Virus record (IMG/VR): IMGVR_UViG_3300037235_000042
Span: 1-64,000 of that record
Direction: 5' to 3' (one strand)
Length of the DNA: 64,000 bases
DNA from: a virus
The first letter of the stretch is position 1; every line of letters begins with the position of its first letter. Of this stretch, positions 27,605 to 32,943 are shown piece by piece. The notes under the pieces were generated by a model. That model was not told the DNA's origin, searched no databases, and worked only from the letters and a program-made list of their open reading frames with translations. A program made the position numbers and the translations under genes.

Positions 27605-29119
27605 CTAGGCAACTACGGCCTCTTCGACTGTTTCCACCTTGGTTTTGAACACGTCGTTGAGGGTCAGCAAAGGAAATTCCATAATTTCCTCTAGCAACCC
27701 ATATCGTTGAACTCTCATGGTGGAGACGATATTTGGAAGAGAGTAAAAGTCGACTCCCCCTCTTAAATCGAACTCCTGCAAGTCGATCTCCGCTCGTTTC
27801 ATCGACTGGGCTAGGTCGATGTCGCCTATTCCATGCATCGATGGAGCCAGACGATAGAGATAAACAGGAACTTCTTTACCCAGAGTTGTGCAGTACCGCT
27901 TATACGTGTCTGCGAACCTCGGGGCAGTGTTCTCCTGTGCGTCTGACACGATAGCGATCCCGTCGGCCTCGACGCTTCGGTCGATTGCGTATTGAACGCC
28001 ACAACCAATCGAAGTTCCTGCTCCGTCGGCTGTAATCCATTTCGTGTCTGACTTGATCTCGTCATAGCTCTTTCCAGTAACGTCGAACACGCGTGAAGCA
28101 ACAGAGTCGAAGAAGACCAAAGTGATTTTGTTCTTCACCATCTTCCCTAGTGTTCCTGCTACCAGTCGAGCCGTTTCGATAGCGTTCGACATGGAAGGAG
28201 ATTTGTCTGCCAAGATCAGCCAGTTTCCCTCAATCCCTGCAGCACGTTTGAGTTGTTTCTCCTGCAAGTTCTGGAGCTTCCCCTTCAACCCTTCATCCGA
28301 GATCTGTTCCGCTGCTCGGGTAGTCTTCAGCACGTTCTTGGTCGACTTCGACGCCTTTTCAAGCGCTTCCTCGAACACGCCCCGCAGCGCCGGGTTCGTC
28401 TTGACCCCCAGGCGTTCGAGCATTTTCACATTCGTTACCAACTGCGAAGGCGTCATCTTTTTGATCAACGCCAGCACGAGGTCAGGATCGTTGATCTTCT
28501 TCCCCAACGCGCCCTGAGCGGCCATGAACGGGATGTTGTGCTCAAGGATCGCTCCAGCGGCTTCAAGCGCTGACATATTGATCAACTGAGCAACGATCTC
28601 TCTTTTCGAACCTTCCGGGTGGGCCATCTTCCCGTTGTGTTGGTAGAACAGGATATCCCCTACCCGGTCGGAACGCTTGCAGTGTCCCAAAGCGTAGAGA
28701 TTGGCAAAGGTCTTCCGGTCCTGCGTGACCATTGAGTCCCATTTCTGTGGAACGGCTTCGATCTTCTTCAGATAAGCTTCGATCAACCGGCGCAGGGTAC
28801 GCATTCTTCCGGCTGGACGAAGTTCCAGCGCGAACCGGTAGGCTCGCTCCAGTTCCCGAGGGCCGAGCAGCGCGATATGAGCTAGGGAATTGTCGATGAA
28901 TTCGTCTGGGTAGTTCTTGGCCTTCAGCGACACGACTGGTAACGCCACCTTGGCGTCACGGATCTGGCCTTTCAGCCGGTCCCAAGCTACGAGATGTGCA
29001 AAGAATTCAGGTTCCTGTTCAGCCGCCTTTAGGCCGATGGGAACGTATTCCTGAAGCTTCCCGTGAGGAGACTTCGACAATTCACTTAAAATAGTGTTCT
29101 TGGTAAGTCCTGTTTCCAT
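27605..29119 (-). CDS. TROVE-like helical + vWA domain protein (Ro60/Rsr-like RNA-binding protein)
   Basis: 504 aa, helical N-terminus (EQEPEFFAHL..W...GQIRD), C-terminal vWA with MIDAS LILADKSPSM, GTSIG, IVSDAQEN; YrlA-type RNA upstream. Confidence 0.75.
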   Translation of the reverse strand: METGLTKNTILSELSKSPHGKLQEYVPIGLKAAEQEPEFFAHLVAWDRLKGQIRDAKVALPVVSLKAKNYPDEFIDNSLAHIALLGPRELERAYRFALELRPAGRMRTLRRLIEAYLKKIEAVPQKWDSMVTQDRKTFANLYALGHCKRSDRVGDILFYQHNGKMAHPEGSKREIVAQLINMSALEAAGAILEHNIPFMAAQGALGKKINDPDLVLALIKKMTPSQLVTNVKMLERLGVKTNPALRGVFEEALEKASKSTKNVLKTTRAAEQISDEGLKGKLQNLQEKQLKRAAGIEGNWLILADKSPSMSNAIETARLVAGTLGKMVKNKITLVFFDSVASRVFDVTGKSYDEIKSDTKWITADGAGTSIGCGVQYAIDRSVEADGIAIVSDAQENTAPRFADTYKRYCTTLGKEVPVYLYRLAPSMHGIGDIDLAQSMKRAEIDLQEFDLRGGVDFYSLPNIVSTMRVQRYGLLEEIMEFPLLTLNDVFKTKVETVEEAVVA

Positions 29120-29131
29120 TCTTAACCTCTT

Positions 29132-29188
29132 CCCCGAACGTAAGATTGGCCCGACTAATTCTCTTAATCGGGCCTGTGTACGTCGAAA
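29132..29188 (-). promoter_or_regulatory. 5'-leader hairpin of the TROVE gene carrying the Y-module, overlapping the RBS
   Basis: ACGTA-CACA-GGCCCGATT...AGTCGGGCC-AATCT-TACGT, then GGGGAAGAGG and ATG 29119. Confidence 0.65.
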
Positions 29189-29194
29189 CTTTCA

Positions 29195-29267
29195 TCACTG
29201 GTGGGGTATTGAGTGCCCACATCTCCGATAGCTTGCGCTACCCGGCGTAATCCTTATACGACAGTGA
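29195..29267 (-). ncRNA. tRNA-like element with the anticodon arm replaced by a GCAA-capped hairpin, no CCA
   Basis: TCACTG/CAGTGA stem, D-like GTA..TAC, CCGGGTAGC GCAA GCTATCGG, GTGGG..CCCAC T-like arm. Confidence 0.55.
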
Positions 29268-29274
29268 AGATTTA

Positions 29275-29399
29275 CGGCGTTGGATCGTTTCAGCTATTTT
29301 ACGCGCTCTACCGCTGAGCTACGGTTCTTGCGAACCGGTTGGATTCGAACCAACGACCTCGGTCGCCAAGTGACATGTAAGCTGGAACCGTAAACGCCG
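29275..29399 (-). ncRNA. YrlA-type Y RNA (circularly permuted tRNA mimic)
   Basis: Ends pair (CGGCGTT/AACGCCG); order T arm (GTTGG TTCGAAT CCAAC), acceptor stem closed by GCAA (CGGTTC/GAACCG), D arm (GCTC AGCGGTA GAGC). Confidence 0.85.
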
Positions 29400-29404
29400 A
29401 TCTT

Positions 29405-29529
29405 TGGTGGGGAGTGTTGGATTCGAACCAACATGAGCAGTCTTGAAGGACTGTTGCATGAATCCAGTTTCAGTATGCGATGTGACTCGCAGGATCGCTA
29501 CTGGCGCTTTTCCATTTTGCTAACTCCCC
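29405..29529 (-). ncRNA. CCA-ended tRNA/Y-RNA hybrid (Y-module in the anticodon position)
   Basis: GGGGAGT/ACTCCCC-A-CCA, D arm, T arm GTTGG TTCGAAT CCAAC; insert CCAGTAGC GATCC TGCGA..TCGCA TACT GAAACTGG. Confidence 0.7.
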
Positions 29530-29534
29530 AAACT

Positions 29535-29631
29535 TGGTGGAGGGCTCCGGGTATTAGCCGGAGAAGCATGTAATCTCGCAATGTATGCGCTTTAAAGGCG
29601 CAGGATCGAACGTGATTTTGCAGAGCCCCCC
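29535..29631 (-). ncRNA. CCA-ended D-armless tRNA/Y-RNA hybrid
   Basis: GGGGGGC/GCCCTCC-A-CCA, TCCGG CTAATAC CCGGA; insert GATCC TGCGC CTTTAAA GCGCA TACA...TACATG. Confidence 0.65.
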
Positions 29632-29639
29632 GTAAAATC

Positions 29640-29767
29640 CCCATCGCAGGATCGCTTGAGCTAAGGTCTTGCGACCTCAAGGTTGGAATCGAACCAACAA
29701 CTTTCTGATTACTAGTCAGATGCTCTACCAATTGAGCTACGTGTAAGCCCGAGCCGTGTGCGATAGG
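29640..29767 (-). ncRNA. Y-RNA/tRNA-Thr(AGT) hybrid (Y-module replaces the acceptor stem)
   Basis: CCTATCGCA CACG GCTCGGGCT...AGCTCAAGC GATCC TGCGATGGG enclosing D arm, TCTGA CT AGT AA TCAGA, T arm and a GCAA hairpin; no CCA. Confidence 0.75.
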
Positions 29768-29773
29768 AATATT

Positions 29774-29790
29774 AAATTGTCAAAGAACAA
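29774..29790 (-). promoter_or_regulatory. rrn boxA-like antitermination element
   Basis: TTGTTCTTTGACAATTT between the promoter and the first Y-hybrid. Confidence 0.65.
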
Positions 29791-29803
29791 TGATGACTAC
29801 CAA

Positions 29804-29832
29804 TATGTAGCATCCTTGACAGAGGTTGTCAA
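29804..29832 (-). promoter_or_regulatory. sigma70-type promoter of the Y-RNA/TROVE operon within an inverted repeat
   Basis: TTGACA-17-TACATA with TGn extension; CTTGACA gaggt TGTCAAG palindrome. Confidence 0.55.
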
Positions 29833-29850
29833 GATAAAATTACCTAAAAA

Positions 29851-29925
29851 TGGTCGGGGATGCTGATTCTGCCACAGCGACCCCTCGGTCCCAAGCCGAG
29901 TGCTCTGCTTCTGAGCTAATCCCCG
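29851..29925 (-). tRNA. tRNA-Pro(TGG)
   Basis: CGGGGAT/ATCCCCG-A-CCA; CTCGG CT TGG GA CCGAG; atypical T loop. Confidence 0.85.
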
Positions 29926-29930
29926 AAATT

Positions 29931-30005
29931 TGGTGCGGACTGGAGCGCTCGCATCTCCGTCTGAAGGGCTTCAACCTTCCGCTACTCTGTCTCAGCTAAG
30001 TCCGC
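29931..30005 (-). tRNA. tRNA-Phe(GAA)
   Basis: GCGGACT/AGTCCGC-A-CCA; GAAGG TT GAA GC CCTTC. Confidence 0.82.
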
Positions 30006-30011
30006 AAAAGT

Positions 30012-30087
30012 TGGTGGACCCTGTCGGCTTCGCTCCGACCGCCTCCGGTTTGCAGGACCGGCGCTCTCCTGAATGAGCTAAGAGCCC
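30012..30087 (-). tRNA. tRNA-Ala(TGC)
   Basis: GGGCTCT/AGGGTCC-A-CCA with G3:U70; CCGGT CC TGC AA ACCGG. Confidence 0.88.
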
Positions 30088-30095
30088 ACATAAAA

Positions 30096-30170
30096 TGGGG
30101 TGGCTGACGGACTCTGCCTCCGTATGATCGGGGCCACAACCCGACGCCTTTCTAGTTCGGCCACAGCCAC
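30096..30170 (-). tRNA. tRNA-His(GTG)
   Basis: GTGGCTG/CAGCCAC-C-CCA; TCGGG TT GTG GC CCCGA. Confidence 0.86.
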
Positions 30171-30173
30171 AAT

Positions 30174-30247
30174 TGGAGCAGGCGTTCGGTGTTTGACCGA
30201 AGTCTTACGGGTACAAGCCGTAGGCTCTATCGTTGAGCTACACCTGC
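30174..30247 (-). tRNA. tRNA-Thr(TGT)
   Basis: GCAGGTG/CGCCTGC-T-CCA; TACGG CT TGT AC CCGTA. Confidence 0.85.
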
Positions 30248-30254
30248 AAACTTA

Positions 30255-30328
30255 TGGAGCCGAGGCCGGTAGTCGAAACCGGATCGTATGCTTACCAAGC
30301 ATATGCTCTGCCGTTGAGCTACCAAGGC
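30255..30328 (-). tRNA. tRNA-Thr(GGT)
   Basis: GCCTTGG/CCTCGGC-T-CCA; TATGC TT GGT AA GCATA. Confidence 0.86.
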
Positions 30329-30330
30329 TC

Positions 30331-30405
30331 TGGAGCTAGCGTTCCGACGTGCGCGGAATTCTGCTGGTTACGAATCAGCGGCTCTACTATATGAGCTACG
30401 CTAGC
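30331..30405 (-). tRNA. tRNA-Thr(CGT)
   Basis: GCTAGCG/CGCTAGC-T-CCA; GCTGA TT CGT AA CCAGC. Confidence 0.83.
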
Positions 30406-30410
30406 AAAAC

Positions 30411-30487
30411 TGGAGTACTGGGTAGGACTGTAACCTACTAAGAAAGGCTTTGCAGGCCTCCGCTTCGACATCTTCAGCATCCAGTAC
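30411..30487 (-). tRNA. tRNA-Cys(GCA)
   Basis: GTACTGG/CCAGTAC-T-CCA (U73); GAGGC CT GCA AA GCCTT. Confidence 0.85.
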
Positions 30488-30495
30488 ATCAAAAA

Positions 30496-30569
30496 TGGAG
30501 CGAGTGGGGATACTCGAAATCCCATCTCTGGTTTGGAAGACCAGGGCCTTACCTTTAGACGACACTCGC
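30496..30569 (-). tRNA. tRNA-Gly(TCC)
   Basis: GCGAGTG/CACTCGC-T-CCA; CTGGT CT TCC AA ACCAG. Confidence 0.9.
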
Positions 30570-30570
30570 A

Positions 30571-30647
30571 TGGCGAGAACGACAGGATTCGAACCTGCTT
30601 GTCGGTGGTTTGGAATCACCTGCCCTTCCAATCGGGTCATCGTTCTC
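30571..30647 (-). tRNA. tRNA-Trp(CCA)
   Basis: GAGAACG/CGTTCTC-G-CCA; GGTGA TT CCA AA CCACC; TTCGAAT. Confidence 0.87.
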
Positions 30648-30648
30648 A

Positions 30649-30726
30649 TGGCGGGCTAGACGGAACTCGCATCCGCTTTACTCCTCCGTGACGGGGAGGC
30701 GGCTCGACTCCTTCGCCCTCTAGCCC
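30649..30726 (-). tRNA. tRNA-Asp(GTC)
   Basis: GGGCTAG/CTAGCCC-G-CCA; CCTCC CC GTC AC GGAGG. Confidence 0.85.
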
Positions 30727-30727
30727 A

Positions 30728-30803
30728 TGGCAAGCTCCCAGCGATTCGAACGCTGATTGACAGATTCAGAATCTGTAGTCCTAGCCAATTGGACGAGGAG
30801 CCT
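30728..30803 (-). tRNA. tRNA-Gln(CTG)
   Basis: AGGCTCC/GGAGCTT-G-CCA; ACAGA TT CTG AA TCTGT. Confidence 0.9.
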
Positions 30804-30809
30804 AGTTAA

Positions 30810-30882
30810 TGGCACCGGCGCTGGGAATCGAGCCCAGACCGCAAGCTTCAAAGGCTTACTACGGCACCAGCCGCACGCCGGA
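30810..30882 (-). tRNA. tRNA-Gln(TTG)
   Basis: TCCGGCG/CGCCGGT-G-CCA; TAAGC CT TTG AA GCTTG. Confidence 0.82.
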
Positions 30883-31065
30883 TCAAATTTTCAATGAAAT
30901 CGCCCTTATACACCGGGCGCAAACCACCGCCGACTGATCGACGTCTTTTTCCTTCCGCATCCGGTCGACCCGAGCTTCCCGGACCAGCTGACGATGATCA
31001 CCACCGCGTTCGCAGTAATTGATATCGCCGGGCTCGATGGTCGTGTTGAACAGTTTGTGCTTCAT
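30883..31065 (-). CDS. small Cys/His protein inside the tRNA array
   Basis: MKHKLF...CERGGDH...CARC fills the gap between tRNA-Glu and tRNA-Gln. Confidence 0.5.
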   Translation of the reverse strand: MKHKLFNTTIEPGDINYCERGGDHRQLVREARVDRMRKEKDVDQSAVVCARCIRAISLKI

Positions 31066-31075
31066 TCTTGATCTC

Positions 31076-31152
31076 TGGTGCCGCATGTCGGAGTCCCACC
31101 GACTTTATCCTCCTTGAAAGAGAGGCCGCTCCAGTCCTTTGCGCTATGCGGC
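31076..31152 (-). tRNA. tRNA-Glu(TTC)
   Basis: GCCGCAT/ATGCGGC-A-CCA; CCTCT CT TTC AA GGAGG. Confidence 0.82.
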
Positions 31153-31154
31153 AA

Positions 31155-31229
31155 TGGTAGCGGATGACGGTTACGATCCGTCTTTTTTCGGATGAGAACC
31201 GAATGGCCTAGCCAGTAGCCGAATCCGCC
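31155..31229 (-). tRNA. tRNA-Glu(CTC)
   Basis: GGCGGAT/ATCCGCT-A-CCA; TTCGG TT CTC AT CCGAA. Confidence 0.82.
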
Positions 31230-31247
31230 GTTTAACTATCGAACTCT

Positions 31248-31595
31248 TTATCGAACCACCAAAAACGGAATCGTCACCAGCTGTTTCTCCTTGGTGACCA
31301 TGTCCGTCGCCGAGAACACCAGATTAACCTGCTTCCCGGCTGAGGTTGGCCCGGTCGGCGTCCCCGTTACCACAGCAGATCGAGGATCCTCGGCGACCAA
31401 GGCTAGTCCGGCAGGCATCGGGTCGCTGGTTGAATCCAGATCCCAGCAGATCTGATGCAGGGGCTTATCCAAGGTGTGCAGCCCCGTGTACAAGTAAGCG
31501 GTGAATGGACGGTTGATCCTGGAGATCAGCGCCGGAAAGGGTTGGGCTAATCCTGGTATCTCCTGATCGTTCAAATCCGTAGCGATGTCGGGCAT
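31248..31595 (-). CDS. putative Ig (He_PIG-like) domain protein
   Basis: W.L....MPAGLAL......VVTGTPT...F.ATD; AAGGA RBS. Confidence 0.65.
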   Translation of the reverse strand: MPDIATDLNDQEIPGLAQPFPALISRINRPFTAYLYTGLHTLDKPLHQICWDLDSTSDPMPAGLALVAEDPRSAVVTGTPTGPTSAGKQVNLVFSATDMVTKEKQLVTIPFLVVR

Positions 31596-31631
31596 AGAAT
31601 TCCTTTCAAGTTGGATTAAGTAGATCAGATT

Positions 31632-31664
31632 AAAAAAGCCTTCTAGTTTTTAAGTAGAAGGCTT
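31632..31664 (-). terminator. intrinsic terminator (attenuator C)
   Basis: AAGCCTTCTA-9 nt-TAGAAGGCTTTTTT. Confidence 0.85.
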
Positions 31665-31692
31665 GCCGTTTAAACCCGTCAAATCCTTCCAA

Positions 31693-31794
31693 CTACCCAC
31701 AACCTTCGCCCTGAAACCACGCTTGGTGTAGTCCAAACGGAGTCTTGGTCACAGTCGGGGTCGTAGGTTGATCGGAATGGATTGGTGTTCTCAT
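31693..31794 (-). CDS. leader peptide C (33 aa) before the 15-tRNA array
   Basis: MRTPIHSDQPTTPTVTKTPFGLHQAWFQGEGCG*; lies between a promoter and a terminator; contains all 11 amino acids of the downstream array. Confidence 0.8.
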   Translation of the reverse strand: MRTPIHSDQPTTPTVTKTPFGLHQAWFQGEGCG

Positions 31795-31817
31795 GTTCTG
31801 GTAACTCAACAGGAAGA

Positions 31818-31846
31818 ACTCTACTATTCGGACGAAAACTTGTCAA
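31818..31846 (-). promoter_or_regulatory. sigma70-type promoter for leader C/array C
   Basis: TTGACA-17-TAGAGT. Confidence 0.75.
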
Positions 31847-31940
31847 CAGGAAAATTAAGAGAATTCCTTAACCGGGTAAGGTATCGACGGTATTGTTCCT
31901 TCTTCCGGTTCCACGCAAGCTGATAAGCGGAGGAATTCTT

Positions 31941-32120
31941 ATGCCCTGTTCACAGCAGGATCGCTTCTCAGCATCGGCGGATAAACTTCAAGGGGAACTG
32001 GAATCGCTGGATAACCGGTTGCAACAGTTGCAGAATATGGAAGAGATATTGGAGAAGGTGGAAGGATCACCGATACTGACGAGGACGGAGAGAAGGATGG
32101 AGTTTAACCGAGCGGCTTAG
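31941..32120 (+). CDS. small coiled-coil protein
   Basis: GGAGG RBS before ATG 31941. Confidence 0.55.
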   Translation: MPCSQQDRFSASADKLQGELESLDNRLQQLQNMEEILEKVEGSPILTRTERRMEFNRAA

Positions 32121-32125
32121 AAGAC

Positions 32126-32202
32126 TGGTAGGCCAGGTCGGACTCGAACCGACAACCTCTAGATTCGGAATCTAGCGCGATTTCCTTTTTCGCTTCTGGC
32201 CT
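32126..32202 (-). tRNA. tRNA-Arg(CCG)
   Basis: AGGCCAG/CTGGCCT-A-CCA; CTAGA TT CCG AA TCTAG. Confidence 0.88.
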
Positions 32203-32204
32203 AA

Positions 32205-32280
32205 TGGTGACAGCGTCGAGGCTCGAACTCGAAATTGCTTTTTAGGAGAAAGCTGTGATTTCCGTTTTCACCACGCCGTC
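32205..32280 (-). tRNA. tRNA-Arg(CCT)
   Basis: GACGGCG/CGCTGTC-A-CCA; GCTTT CT CCT AA AAAGC. Confidence 0.88.
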
Positions 32281-32286
32281 GAAATA

Positions 32287-32364
32287 TGGTGCGGGATAGA
32301 GGACTCGAACCTCTTGCCTCGGGTTTCGTAGACCCGCGCTCTGATCCTGATGAGCTAATCCCGC
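32287..32364 (-). tRNA. tRNA-Arg(ACG)
   Basis: GCGGGAT/ATCCCGC-A-CCA; CGGGT CT ACG AA ACCCG. Confidence 0.92.
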
Positions 32365-32369
32365 AAACT

Positions 32370-32445
32370 TGGGGGCTGCTGGCCGACTCGAACGGCCATT
32401 CGAACTTTAGAAGAGTTCGTCCTAATCCTGTTGGATGAAGCAGCC
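32370..32445 (-). tRNA. tRNA-Arg(TCT)
   Basis: GGCTGCT/AGCAGCC-C-CCA; GAACT CT TCT AA AGTTC. Confidence 0.86.
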
Positions 32446-32465
32446 ATAGTTAACCTCTGTAAAAG

Positions 32466-32541
32466 TGGTGGAGGTCATGGGATTCGAACCCACATCGGCT
32501 CGCTTAAAAGGCGAGGGTCTTCACCATTAGACGAAACCTCC
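32466..32541 (-). tRNA. tRNA-Lys(TTT)
   Basis: GGAGGTT/GACCTCC-A-CCA; CTCGC CT TTT AA GCGAG. Confidence 0.9.
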
Positions 32542-32549
32542 AAAACTCT

Positions 32550-32628
32550 TGGTGGGTGCGGCTGGGGTCGAACCAGCATGTTCCTGATTAAGAGTCAGGA
32601 GCGCCTTCCATCACTCCGCCACGCACCC
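32550..32628 (-). tRNA. tRNA-Lys(CTT)
   Basis: GGGTGCG/CGCACCC-A-CCA; CCTGA CT CTT AA TCAGG. Confidence 0.9.
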
Positions 32629-32629
32629 A

Positions 32630-32703
32630 TGGTACTCGCAGGTTGAGTCGAACAACCATCTCGTGCTCATCAGACACGGGCCTTACCGTTAGACGATGCG
32701 AGT
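32630..32703 (-). tRNA. tRNA-Ile(GAT)
   Basis: ACTCGCA/TGCGAGT-A-CCA; CGTGT CT GAT GA GCACG. Confidence 0.86.
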
Positions 32704-32775
32704 GAAACTTGCGGGCCGCCGTTACCCCTGACAGGACTTCAACCACTGTCAGGATTGTTGAACTTTGGCCCAGCT

Positions 32776-32850
32776 TGGTGCGCGGTGAGCGATTCGAACG
32801 CCCGACAAGTAGTTCGTAAAACTACGGCTCTACCCCTGAGCTAACCGCGC
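32776..32850 (-). tRNA. tRNA-Val(TAC)
   Basis: GCGCGGT/ACCGCGC-A-CCA; GTAGT TT TAC GA ACTAC. Confidence 0.9.
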
Positions 32851-32856
32851 AAACTT

Positions 32857-32935
32857 TGGTCCGTCCTCTTGGATTTGAACCAAGGCCCTTCGCCTTATGA
32901 GGGCGCTGCTCTAGGCCGGGCTGAGCTAAGGACGG
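32857..32935 (-). tRNA. tRNA-Met/Ile2(CAT), elongator type
   Basis: CCGTCCT/AGGACGG-A-CCA; GCGCC CT CAT AA GGCGA. Confidence 0.86.
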
Positions 32936-32943
32936 ACGGGAGG

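Noticed and set aside
29405-29529. tRNA with a self-splicing intron
   Set aside because: The insert is far too short for group I/II introns and matches the module shared with neighbouring RNAs
29405-29631. Opal (TCA) or ochre (TTA) suppressor tRNAs implying genome recoding
   Set aside because: Neither is a normal cloverleaf (6-nt loop; over-long arm with no D arm), and long genes end normally at TGA and TAA
29498-30659. Several 68-82 aa ORFs over the RNA island
   Set aside because: They are translations of tRNA/Y-RNA sequence
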